Below, piece after piece: positions 1 through 11,512 of a DNA stretch of 64,000 nucleotides. This DNA is from Mobula hypostoma (taxonomy: Eukaryota), in assembly GCF_963921235.1 (NCBI RefSeq), contig NC_086108.1:101062001-101126000 (forward strand). The letters run 5' to 3'. The position numbers were made by a program, and so were the translations under genes. Position 1 is the first letter of the stretch; every line of letters begins with the position of its first letter. Under the pieces are notes generated by a model. That model made no database searches, was not told the DNA's origin, and saw only the letters and a program-made list of their open reading frames with translations.

Positions 1-1100
1 TAGAGCAGACTGAAAAGCTTGAGCATGTAGATATTAAGAAAAAAGATGTGCTGGAGCTTTTAGAAAGCATCAAGTTGGATAAGTCACCAGGACTGGATGG
101 GATGTACCCCAGGCTACTGTGGGAGGTGAGGGAGGAGATTGCTGAGACTCTGGCAATGATCTTTGCATCATCAGTGGGGACGGGAGAGGTTCCAGAAGAT
201 TGGAGGTTTGCAGATGTTGTTCCCTTATTCAAGAAAGGGAGTAGAGATAGCCCAGGAAATTATAGACCAGTGAGTCTTACTTCAGTGGTTGGTAAGTTGA
301 TGGAGAAGATCCTAAGAGGCAGGATTTATGAACATTTGGAGAGGCATAATATGATTAAGAACATCAGCATGACTTTGTGAAAGGCAGGTCGTGTCTTACG
401 AGCCTGATTGAATTTTTTGAAGACGTGACTAAACACATTGATGAAGGTAGAGCAATAGATGTAGTGTATATGAATTTCAGCAAGACATTTGACAAGGTAC
501 CCCTTGCAAGGCTTATTGAGAAGGTAAGGACGCATGATATCCAAAGGGACATTGCTTTGTGGATCCAGAACTGGCTTGCCCACAGAAGGCAAAGTGTGGT
601 TGTAGACGGGTCATATTCTGCATGGAGGTTGGTGACCAGTGGTGTGCCTCAGGGATCTGTTCTGGGACCCCTACTCTTTGTGATTTTTATAAATGACCTT
701 TTTTCCTTGGAGCGATGGAGGGTGAGAGGTGACCTGATTGAGGTGTATAAGATGATGAGGGGCATTGATCGTGTGGATAGTCAGAGGCTTTTTCTCAGGG
801 CTGAAATGGCTAACATGAGAGGGCAGAGTTTTAAGGTGCTTGGAAGCAGGTACAGAGGAGCTGTTAGGGGTAAGTTTTTTTTACGGAGAGTGTGGTGAGT
901 GCAAGGAATGGGCTGCCAGCAATGGTGGTGGAGGTGGATACGACAGGGTCTTTTAAGAGACTCCTGGACAGGTACATGAAGCTTAGAAAAATAGAGGGCT
1001 ATGGGTAACCCTTGGTAATTTCTAAGGTAAAGACATGTTCGGCACAGCTTTGTGGGTCGAATGGCCTGTACTGTGCTGTAGGTTTTCTCTGTTTTTTATG
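1..1100 (+). mobile_element. CR1 LINE ORF2 fragment and 3' end, internally deleted
   Basis: [15 protein letters not shown] and [10 protein letters not shown] motifs; jumps from INDL to FSLERR near 698; CR1-type 3' tail. Confidence 0.92.
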
Positions 1101-1469
1101 CAATGGGCCAAATGGCCTAATTCTGTTCCTATATCTTATGTCAAATAAAGTGGTTACTGAGAGTATACAGCTGGAAAAAGCACACATTTTCCTTGGCTTT
1201 ATGAAATGAGTCCAAGGGCATGAGGGCAAAGAAGTCAAACCCTCATTAAGCATAGATTAGGCCTCACATAGTATGTGCTAAGCAGCATACTTAAGCAAGG
1301 ATATCATGTCCTTGGAAAAGGTGTCACAGAATTTTACCAAGATGCTGTTCAGCCCTGGCTTTTGTAGCACTGAATGCATCTCTCCATTCTCTTCCCATAA
1401 TGATGCACCACAGAATCAGAGTCAGATTCATTATCAGTAAGATATGCCGTGAAATTGATATTAGTTAGA

Positions 1470-1690
1470 CTGGAAGTGTACAGAGAATATTTCCAAGGAT
1501 ATTTCCAGGATTTGATGACATGAGTTAGAGGGAAAGTTTGACAAGGTTAGGACTTTATTCCCTGGAGCATAGGAAATGAGGGGATATACAAAATTATGAG
1601 GGTGTGGATAGTGTAAATGCAAGCGGAGTTCTTCCACTGAGGTTGGGTGAGCCAAGAACTAGAGTTCATGGGTTAAGACTGAAAGGAGAT
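1470..1690 (+). mobile_element. Degenerate CR1 ORF2 C-terminal fragment inside a minus-strand Rex1-type tail
   Basis: Similar to other CR1 3' regions in the window; flanked by halves of an (agaatc)n-tailed element. Confidence 0.6.
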
Positions 1691-2084
1691 ATAAAAACAT
1701 GAAAAATAAATATTTAGTGCAAAAAAGAAATAGCAAGATAGTGTTCATGGGTCCTGTTCTGATGCATCACATCTTGGCATGGCAACTGTTCTGTTTGAGA
1801 TCATAAAAAACAACAGAGAGCTGTGGACAAAGCCTAGTCCATTATGGGGACCAGCCTTCCCTTTGGAGTTTGTCCACATTTCCCACTGCTAAAGCAACAA
1901 AAATGATCAAAGATCTCACCCAGTCTAAACATTCTTCTCCCTCCTCCTATTGGGGAGAAGATACGAAAAGCTGAAAGCATGTATTTGTACTGATACTGGT
2001 TTATTCTTGTATGTGTACCAAGGTTCAGTGAAAAGCATGTCTTGCATATTGTTCATACAGATCAAATCATTACATGGTGCATTG

Positions 2085-3168
2085 AGGCAGAGTAACATCA
2101 GGCTGCTGTTTATTGATTACAGCTCATCACAATCCTGCCCTCAATTCTGATCAACAAGCTCCAAGACCTGGTCCTCTGTGCCTCCCTCTGCAACTGGATC
2201 CTTGACATCCTCCTGAGGAAACCACAGTCCGTGCAGATCAGAAATGACATCTCCTCCTCACATGACAATCAACAGTAGCACACCTCAAGGATGTGTGCTT
2301 AACCGACTGCTCCACTCTCCCTATACCCACGACTGCGTGGTTAGGCACAGCTCAAACTCCATCTATTTACCTCTCAATGTCACAACTATTGTTGGCATTA
2401 ATTCAAGTGGTGATGAGGAGGTGCACAGGAGCGAGATGGATCAGCTGGTTCAGAGGTGTTGCAGCAGTAACCTTGCACTCACTCAGAAAGGCCAAGGAAT
2501 TGATCGTGGACTTTAGGAAGGGGAAGTTGAGATATCACATACCAGAATTCAATGGGGGATCAAATGGAGAAGGTAATCATTTTCAAGTTTCTGAGGATCT
2601 CTGAGGATCAATCCTGGGCTCAACATATTGACGCAGTTACAAAGAAGGCATGACAGTGGCTATATTTCATTAGGAGTTCGAGGAGATATGGTATGTCACC
2701 AAAGACACTTGCAAATTCCTACAGATGTACCATGGAGCACATTCTAACAGGCAGCATCACTGTTTGGAATTGGAAAAAAGCTGCAGTAAGTTGTAAACTC
2801 AGCCAGCTCCATCATGAGCACTAGCTTCTGCAGCATCAATTTCACTTTCAAAATGTGATGCCTCAGAAAGGCAGCATCCATCACTAAGGACCCCAATCAC
2901 ACGGAACATGCCCTACCATTACAGAGCCCGAAGGCACACACTCAACGCTTCAGGAACAGCTTCTTCCCCTCTAGCATCATATTTCTGCATGGGCAATGAA
3001 CCCATTACTACTGCCTCATTTTTTTCCCTCTTTTGCACTACTTATTTAATTTCATTTTCTTTTTTATATATACTTATTGTCATTTATAGTTTTTATTATG
3101 CATTGCAATGTACTTCATGACATATGTGAGTGATACTAAACCTGATTTTGATTCTAATTCTGATTCTG
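2085..3168 (+). mobile_element. Rex1/Babar-like LINE, RT 3' half, decayed
   Basis: IRLLFIDYSS, PQGCVL and K.KELIVDFRK motifs; (gattct)n tail at about 3143-3168. Confidence 0.85.
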
Positions 3169-3357
3169 ACAAGATACGAAAATAACAATCCAGAGTAAAG
3201 TGTAAAAACTACAGAACAGATAAAAATAAAGGACTGCCAGGCTCAAGGAGATATACTCTATCCTATTACTAGAAGACTATAGAATGGGCCCCTAGTATGA
3301 TAGGATGAATTCCTGACCTTACAATCTACCTCATTATGGCCTTGCACCATATTGTCT

Positions 3358-3670
3358 CCCTTACCTACTGCCTGTTATGCCGCATTTAGGGCAGCAATGA
3401 AGGTCCTCAATTTCTGTATGTATAGAAGGATTCTTCATTGTTGTTTCGGTAACGATTGTTTTTTGACTAGTCAGGATTGTTGGCCCTGAGCTGAACTCCA
3501 AAACCTGGAGGACTGGTGGGGCACTCTTAGTCTGGCCTCTACCCTTTGACCTGTTTGGCATGGATGACCTTACCAAAAGCTAAAGCACAAGGCCCTGACT
3601 CCAGCCAACATAGTGCTCCGGGTCATTGAGGCACACAAGCCTCTAAACCCTATGATAGGGTCTTGGAGGA
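3358..3670 (-). mobile_element. Short non-coding RTE-like element (same family as 19531-19950)
   Basis: Reverse complement matches the 19531-19950 copy (gggttcagctcagggctaaca..., gcataacaggcagta tail). RTE assignment is inference. Confidence 0.55.
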
Positions 3671-4218
3671 TATTATCTATCTGCACAGAACTTGCTCTGT
3701 AGCTGTAACACTTTCTTCTGCATTCTATTATTGATTTCCCTTATACTATCTCAGTACACTGATGTGATGAAATGATCTGTGTGGATGGCATGCAAAGCAA
3801 AATATACCACATGTGATGTGTGGTAACTATAAAAGTAATTTACCAGTTTTGTGGGGGCCAGTCCCTTCAGATTTACTGATATTTTCTTCCTTCTCCATCA
3901 ACCACTTCGCTTCTTGTAGCACTCTCTAATGCCACCAGAGGAGATGCATGTCATGCACTTTCACTGCATCCTTAATCAAGCACAGACCAAACATTGCTTT
4001 CAGGGGTAGCAGTGACTCCTTGCACTTCCTGCAAACTAATGTATTTGGTGCTCACAATGCAGTCTCCTCTTCCCCGCAGAATCCAATATAGATTGAATGA
4101 CTGCGTTCAGGTCTCTCTGAGCACTTTTCAGAATTAGAATCAGGTTTTTATCACTGAAGTAGTATGAAATTTGTTGTTCTGTGGCAGCAGTACAGGATAA
4201 TGCATTTATATATATTTC

Positions 4219-4513
4219 TATAGACATCTGTTAGTCTCATGAGACCATGGATTTGCACCTTGGAAGGTTTTGCGCCTGGGCAAGGTTGTATGGAAGACCG
4301 ACAGTTGCCCATGCTGCAAGTCTCCCCTCTCCACGCCACCAATGTTGTTCAAGGGAAGGGCACTAGGGCCGATACAGCTTGGCACCGGTGTTGTTGCAGA
4401 GCAATGTGTGGTTAAGTGTCTTGCTCGAGGACACAACACGCTGCCTCAGCTGAGGCTCGAACTAGCGACCTTCAGATCACTAGACCAACGCCTTAACCAC
4501 TTGGCCACGTGCC
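4219..4513 (-). mobile_element. tRNA-derived SINE with CORE-like body
   Basis: Box A TGGCCAAGTGG, box B GTTCGAGCC, body gtgtcctcgagcaagacacttaac; second copy at 6348. Confidence 0.85.
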
Positions 4514-4604
4514 AACACAGGGTAATACTATAATTATGATAAGAAATATAGTATATAGAAAATAATTAAATAATCAGTGCAAAAAAAAAAGAGCAAAAAT
4601 AGTG

Positions 4605-4770
4605 ACACACATCAAAGTTGCTGGTGAACGCAGCAGGCCAGGCAGCATCTGTAGGAAGAAGTGCAGTCGACTGCACCTCTTCCTACAGATGCTGCCTGGC
4701 CTGCTGCGTTCACCAGCAACTTTGATGTGTGTTGCTTGAATTTCCAGCATCTGCAGAATTCCTGTTGTTT
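4605..4770. mobile_element. Penelope-like terminal-repeat insertion forming a 128-bp palindrome, 14-15 bp TSD
   Basis: Arms 4605-4668 and 4669-4732 with one mismatch. gagcaaaaatagtga at 4591-4605 and 4771-4785. Same sequence as the 3' end of the Penelope copy at 45920-46446. Confidence 0.88.
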
Positions 4771-5005
4771 GAGCAAAAATAGTGAGTTGGTGTTCATATG
4801 TTCATTGTCTATTCAGAAATCTGATGGCCGAGGGAAAGAAGCTTTCCTAATGCACTGAGTGTGGATCTTCAGGTTCCTGTACTTCCACTCTGAAGGCAGT
4901 ATTGAGAAGAGGACATGTCCTGGATGGTGGGGGTCCTTTATACTGGTGGCACTTTTCTTGATGGTGTTGGATCTGCCTCATTCACCTGTAAAGTTATCCA
5001 CCTTA

Positions 5006-5360
5006 GGGGTGACACAGCAGCATAGCGGTTAGCGCAGTCGCCTTACAGCACCAGTGATTATCAATCAGGGTCCAAATTGCATTGCTGTCTGTAAGGAGTT
5101 CGTACGTTTTTCCCGTGACTGCAAGGTCCTATTCTGGTTGCGCCAGATTCCTCCCACATTCCAAGGACGTTCAGTTAGTGTTACTAAGTTGTAGGCATGC
5201 TACTGGTATGTTGTTACTGGAAGAATGGCAAACAAAAAGCGACGCTGGTTGTTCCCAGCGCAATCTTCTGACTGTGTGTTGGTTGTTGATGCAAAATGAC
5301 TCATTTCACTGTACGTTTCCATGTTTCATTGTACATGTGACAAATAAAGCTAATCTCTTT
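5006..5360 (+). mobile_element. V-SINE (HE1-like) tRNA-derived SINE
   Basis: tRNA-like head plus ctgtaaggagtt..gtacgtt.tcccgtgac..ttcctcccacattccaa core. Related pieces near 18590, 22550, 30550, 48000 and 57460. Confidence 0.7.
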
Positions 5361-5384
5361 AATGCTAACTCATTTAAGCTGGAG

Positions 5385-6160
5385 CTTGGGAGGGATAATT
5401 GCGCCTAACGGCGACTCCTTTGCTTGCATCTTTGGAAACAGTTCTATTTCCACATTTAATATTTTTATTTTTCCCTTTCAGGGTTCTTTTGAAGACCCTG
5501 GCCTGGAGTTGTGCGCAGGCTTCGGTTCTTTGTGGGAATGGGACCCTTTCTCGGAGTTCCACATGCCAAGGGTTTGGCCTGAGAGTCTCAATCGTGTTAT
5601 CGGGGTTCTGGAGATGGGTGGATCGAGGGTTGGTGTCATGGCAGGAGACTTGTTTGTCATTGGGGAGGCTGGAAAATCTTTTGCTGTGGGCCAGAAGACC
5701 TGAGGCCTTTGCAATCTTTGGACACAGAGCTTGAGAAAAGCGACGAAACGGACTTAACATCGTAAACCAGCGGGTTGTTGTTATGTCTCCCGCTCGCTGT
5801 GAAAATGGGGGACACCTCCCTCTCCCTTGCCAGGGAGAGAGAGAACTTGTGGTTTGTCGAATGTCGGATGAAATGCGAAGCCTTTGGGGTAACTTTGGTC
5901 TGTGTCTTTGCTATTGCTTAGCACACGCTTGGGCTTGGTGATGGTACCGATGTGTATTTTTTGCTGGTGGGGGAAGGGGGATCGTTGCTCGCTGCTGCTT
6001 ACATGTGGGAGGGGGGAGCTGGGGGAGACTTTAGGGTTCTCACATTTAACTGTTGTTCATTCTGTGGGGCACTCCTCTGCTTTCATGGATGTTTGCGAAG
6101 AAAAAGCATTTCAGGATGCATATTGTGTACATTTCTCTGACATTAAATTAGACCTCAACC
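5385..6160 (+). repeat. Unclassified interspersed repeat with a Rex-like 3' tail
   Basis: Non-coding and GT-rich; ends in tttcagg..tatattgt.tacat..attaaa, like other tails in the window. Confidence 0.4.
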
Positions 6161-6347
6161 TTTCTCTCTCCACAGAACCTGCCTGTTATTTCCCCTCAAC
6201 TATCAGGCTTTGAACCAAAGGATATAACTTCATTCACCTTCACTTGCTCCATCTCCGAACTGTTTTCACAATCTATGGACTCACTTTTTACTTATTATTA
6301 TTGCTTCTTTTCTTTTCTTTTGTATTTGCACAGTTTATTGTCTTTTG

Positions 6348-6652
6348 GGCACATGGCCAAGTGGTTAAGGCATTGGACTAGCGACCTGAAGGTCGTGAGT
6401 TCGAGCCCCAGCGAAGGCAAAGTGTTGTGTCCTTGAGCAAGGCACTTAATCACACATTGCTCTGCGACGAATGTGGTGCCAAGCTGTATGGGTCCTAATG
6501 CCCTTCCCTTGGACAACATTGGTGTCATGGAGAGGGGAGACTTGTAGCATGGGCAACTGCTGGTCTTCCATACAACCTTGCCCAGGCCTGTGCCCTGGAG
6601 AGTGAAGACTTTCCAGGCGCAGATCCATGGTCTCACAAGACTAATGGATGTC
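6348..6652 (+). mobile_element. tRNA/CORE-like SINE inserted in a Rex1-type tail, TSD tgtcttttg
   Basis: A and B boxes present; tgtcttttg at 6339-6347 and 6649-6657. Confidence 0.88.
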
Positions 6653-7096
6653 TTTTGCACACTGGTTGTCTGCCCTGTTGGATGCGATCTTGCATTGATT
6701 CTGTTATTGTTATTGGACTTATTGAGTGTACCTGCAAGAAAATATGTCTCAGGTTTGTATATGGTGACATATATGTACTTTGTTAATAATTTACTTTGAA
6801 CCTCAATTTGTACACCTCTATAAGATCACCACTCAGTCTCCTATGCTCCAAGGAATAAAGTCCTAACTTAGTCCCTCGAGTCCTGACAAGATCCCTGTAA
6901 ATAGTTTTGGAACTATTTCTAGTTTAATAACATCTTTCCTAGAACAGGGCGAGCAAAATTGAACACATTCCTCTAAGTGCAGCTCCAAATGGAAGATGGA
7001 CAAGCAGCTGAGATGGAAAGGAATATCAAAAAGGATACACTGAAGGGAAGGGATAAAGGAGGAAGGCAGGTACCACTGATTGAGCTGAATGATCCA

Positions 7097-7260
7097 GGGT
7101 TGGGGTTGAGGGTGCCTAACCCTCACCCAAACCCCAATGCAACCCTAAACACATCCCAAATCTCAATCCTATCTATAACTCCAACCCCAGTTGTAACCCC
7201 AGCATCAACCCTAACCCTAACCCTAATCCTAATCATATCCCCAACATCAACCCTAACCTG
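7097..7260. repeat. Degenerate (CCCTAA)n telomere-like hexamer tract
   Basis: accctaaccctaaccctaatcctaat near 7208-7233 with 6-bp periodicity; short G-rich inverted head at 7097-7114. Confidence 0.6.
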
Positions 7261-7471
7261 AAATTTAACCATAGATTGTGATCTACCAAAGCAAAGGTTA
7301 GGTTCAAACTTTAAAGAGTTTGATAGAGGAAAAGAGGAAGAAACTGCTTATCATAATAATAGTGTCAGTAACTGAAAACTCAAGTTTAAATTTATTGACA
7401 AAAGATTTAGTAATGTGCAGGGTTAGTATTCTGGTGGGATGTGAAGAGGAAGAACTATAATGGGTACTCAT

Positions 7472-7670
7472 AAACACAAAAAAAATCTGCAGAGGCTGGA
7501 AATCCAAGCAACAAATACAAAATGCTGGAGAAACTCTGCAGGCCAGGCAACATCTATGGAAATTCTTTTCGAGTCCTGATGAAGAGTCTTGGCCTGAAAC
7601 ATTGATTCTTTCCTCTTTTCAATGGACGCTGCCTGGCTTGCTGAGTTCTTCCAGCATTTTGTGCGTGTTG
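7472..7670. mobile_element. Older inverted Penelope terminal-repeat pair with hammerhead core in the spacer
   Basis: Imperfect inverted arms at about 7508-7560 and 7618-7670; agtcCTGATGA..GAAAcattgatt at 7572-7607. Confidence 0.7.
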
Positions 7671-8685
7671 ATTATAAGGGGAACTGCTGAGATCTGAAGG
7701 GAAGGTGGAAGGAAGTTCAACAGCAGCTTTCAAAAAGATTGGGATTGCAGAGCGATGAGAAAGATCAGGAGCCAGTAGGATGAATGGATAGTCCTTGTAC
7801 AATACAGACCGCCGAGAAGACCCAGCTGGTTTTATATGTAGTTTCACTGATTCAATGATAAAATGGGAAAGAAAGAAAGAAAGCAGCTCTCAACATCTAA
7901 ATAGTTAGCAATAGTTTCCAATGAAAGGTCACATAAACATTGGCCAAAATTCAATTTTAGTGGAATGTGCATTATTAAACACAATAATGTAAATCTTTCT
8001 ATCTCACCACTTCTTTATTATGTACTCCATTACATCTTCCTTGATCAAAAAATTTTAGACATAGGAGCAGAATTAGGCCATTCAGTCCATCAAATCTGCT
8101 CTGACATTCCATCATGACTGTTTTATTATCCCTTTCAGTTCCATTCTCCTGCCTTCTCCCTGCAACCTTTTGTGTCCTGACTAATCAAGAACCCATCAAC
8201 CTCTGCTTTAAATCTACCCATTGACTTGGGCTCCACAGCCATTTGTGGCAACGAATTCCACAGATTCCCGACTTTCGGGCTAAAATAAGGCATGATGAAG
8301 ACTTAGCATCAAATAACACTTAACAATGCTTATGTGAAGCAATTTACAGTGTTTTGCTTTAAAGCTGCAGAGAAATGTGTGTACGTGTGTGTGCACACGC
8401 ATGCATTTGAATGTGCCTGTGCACATGTGCATGTGTACGTGTGTCTGCCTGTTTGTCTGTGAGTGATACCTGTAACCAAACCTAAATCAAGAATACAACT
8501 CCTTTAACCTAAGCCAACATTAAACTCAACATTGACTAAAAATTGACTGGAAAAACAGTCTGTCGTGGGTCGGAACTTGAAAAACAAACTGATCAGAACA
8601 TTCTGTGAAAGGAGTCCTTTAGAATCAGAATCAGGTTTACTATCACTGATATATATCTTGATGTTTGTTGTTTTGCAACAGTAAT

Positions 8686-9157
8686 GTGGTGAAAGGGGAG
8701 TCTAGGGAGGGATAGCAGCTGAGGTGAAGGGGCTTGTCATGTCCAATCCAGGGCAGCTCAATCACCTTTGGGCCCCACTGGACAGTGGCCACAGCTCGGT
8801 ACACTGCTTCAACAGGTGGGCTAAACCAGGTGAGGGTAGCCAGCAGTTTCATACCCTGGTGAGATAGGGACATGCATGTCCTAGCATGCGCGGTCAGCTC
8901 CAGACCTACAGTGAGATCCAATGGCCAGGAAGGTGCTACTGCAACACTCCATGGAGCCAAGTGCCTGACAAGGCACAGAAGACGTCATGGTCATCCTCTG
9001 CAACTAGGGAAGACCCCAGTTTGTGACACTTGTTTGTACCACTGGACCTGGACTTTTGAGTTCGAAAGAGTGGAACTGTCCCAGTAGAACAGTTTTTCCA
9101 CTTTAAAAGCTCTCCCGCACAGGTTTCCTGTCATCATTGGACACAATGGTCACCCAC
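8686..9157 (+). mobile_element. Short RTE-like non-coding element interrupting a Rex tail
   Basis: GC-richer block splitting a minus-strand (agaatc)n tail element; gtgaaggggcttg-type head. Family assignment is inference. Confidence 0.45.
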
Positions 9158-9839
9158 TGCAATGCAATGCATTGAAATTACTATAAACTACAAGATAAAT
9201 AAATAGTGCAGAAGACAAGGTTCATGGGTCAATGGACCATTCAGGTATCTGATTCACACACATTGCAGACAATTTACTTATCTGCTTTCTCCTCAGATCT
9301 TCTGTGTTATGTCTGCCCAAACAATTTTCAAGTCAACAGATGCATTTAAATGATCATGAAAGTAAAAAAGTTCTTAAGATGCTGATAAGCTCAGTGATCT
9401 TCTCAAACCAATGAAATGAAAACAAGTATGAATTTTAGAAGGCAATATCAAAGAAGATGGGTTTGCCAGCGTTTAGTTTTTGGATATTATTATTTAGAAA
9501 ATGGAACTAGATTAGGTGGACCTTGGCTGGCATAGATGAGAAGGGCAGAATGGCCTGTCTCCCTGTTGTACTACTCTGTGACTATCACTCTATAAAAAAG
9601 AATGCTTCAGAGCAACTTACAAGGGAACTGCAGACAGAACTGTTCACCTTTATGGATAGGAGCTGGCTATCCATGCAAGTTATCACAGGGTGAGCTGTAA
9701 TCAGAATTTGGGTTCAAGAAATATACATGTGTTGTAACTACAGTAACTGTTTAGATTTGAAGCTTTGTAAGATTGTCAGAATGCAGATGTTGTGTCAGTG
9801 TGTGGTATTTTGTATCTTACACACAATGGGCTGAATGTA

Positions 9840-10391
9840 CGCACTCAGTGATCACTTTATTAGGTACAGCTGTACTCCTGCTCATTAATGCAAGTATCTA
9901 ATCAGCCAATTGTGTGGCAGCAACTCAGTGCATAAAAGCATGCAGACATGATTAAGAGGTTCAGTTGTTGTTCAGACCAAACATCAGAATGGGGAGAAAA
10001 TGTGATCTAAGTGACTTTCACTGTGGAATGATTATTAGTGCCAGATGGGGTGATTGGAGTATCTCAGAAACTGCTGATCTTGAGGATTTCCATGCAAAAC
10101 AGTCTCTCGAATTTACAGAGAATGTGCATAATTCAAAAAGAATGAGTGGCAGCTCTGTGGACAGAGATGTCTTGTTAATGAGTGAGGTCAGACGAAACTC
10201 GCCAGACTGGTTCAAGCTCACATTAACTTAGATAACCACACGACAATAGTGATGAGCAGAAGAGTATCTCTGAACATACAACACATTGAACCTTGAGGTG
10301 GATGGGCTACAGCAGCGAAAGACCGTGGACATACACTCAATGGCTACTTTATTAGGGACAGGAGGTACCTTAATAAAGTGGCCACTTGATG
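9840..10391 (+). mobile_element. Non-autonomous Tc1/mariner relic
   Basis: Imperfect TIRs cactcagtg..cactttattaggtac and gtacc.taataaagtggccact, with TA flanks. Residual N-terminal transposase HTH MGRKCDLSDF..GMI..AR...SISETADL. Confidence 0.8.
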
Positions 10392-10461
10392 TATAATTCT
10401 TTTGCAACTTCTTTCAATAGTTTAATAAATATGTATTGCTTTAAGGGTCCTTAAGATTGTT

Positions 10462-11030
10462 ATAGCTGGGGACAGTTATGGGAACAAACTCCTGCTGCCT
10501 ATTAAATGCTCCCAATGGTGTGCGCCTCAAATAGTCTCTGACAACCAAGTCCAGCTTCTGGCCTTCATGTGTGGCTTAGCTACTAAGCCCGGCGGAACCT
10601 TTTCTACAGACAGAAGGGGCAAAGGTGGGTTATCAGTGCCTTAAAACCAGTTACTTCGGGGAAATGGGGCTCGTCAGCCATGGTTGACAGCTCTGCTAGA
10701 AGAAGGAAAACTCGGATCTCAAACTTCCGCTGCCTTGCGGCAATGCCTACTCATGAGGAAGGCTTTGGGAGTAAACCCCAAGAGAAAAATCCAGAACTGG
10801 AATCTCTAAGGCAGTCCTACGTTGAGCTCAATACTGACTGGCAACTCCTGCAACACTTCTGGTACTAAACTGGATCGGTCTCTGCCGTTCCTTTGGGTTC
10901 ATCAGATGCATGGAGAGGGGGAGTTTGTAACATGGGCAACAGCTTGCTCTCCATATTGTACTGTCCAGACTTGCGTATCTGAACCGCTAGAAAGCATTAT
11001 CCATGGTCAACTCTGACGGATGGAGGCCCT
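10462..11030 (+). mobile_element. RTE-like short non-autonomous element (second partial copy at 63810-64000, minus strand)
   Basis: 3' part matches the reverse complement of 63810-64000 and the tail of the tRNA SINEs. Confidence 0.6.
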
Positions 11031-11287
11031 CATTCATAGTATAATTCATAGTATATTATAATATTCGTGTATTAACAATGCTTTATATTATATTAGTTCT
11101 AATAACCTTCTAAAAATAACTCTGCATTGTCCCTTTGTGTCTTGACTTGATTTAATCCACCCAAATGTTTTAGGATCAAATCAGGTATACAATACGTGAC
11201 AGCTATCTACATGTCCCTGCAGGCTGTCAAAATTCAAACCCAGAAAGCAAAACTATTCTTAAGTAACTTCAGCCCAGCCAGAGTTAC

Positions 11288-11512
11288 CTGATCCATGGTC
11301 ATAGTCTCCTCCTGGTGCCGTCCATTCCAGATGAGTTTTATTCTCAAGTAATGTTGCTTGAAGGTCTGTGATTTTACTTGGTGGGAAGTCATTAGTGGGT
11401 GTGAAGGGAAGCGAAATTGATCCTCCTGCTTGAACCCTGTTGAAGTCTCCTAATTCGCTATTAAGTTCCTTCTCAAGAAGTTCAGGTTCTAATGAGTTTA
11501 TTTCAAAATTTC
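11288..11512 (-). CDS. CLCA: CLCA exon 13 equivalent: GNFEIN...FNRVQAGGS...FPPSKITDL...[12 protein letters not shown] (FnIII start)
   Basis: 225 nt, atttag| and |gtaact. Confidence 0.94.

Noticed and set aside
6348..6420. tRNA gene
   Set aside because: It is a SINE head, continuous with the SINE body, with a TSD and a second copy.
8378..8465. Alternating purine-pyrimidine tract (Z-DNA candidate)
   Set aside because: An ordinary degenerate (TG)n microsatellite.
8750..8840. HDV-like ribozyme in the 8686-9157 element (gctaa followed by ccaggtga)
   Set aside because: Only a J4/2-like motif and a bulged P2 are visible; I could not build P1 or P3.
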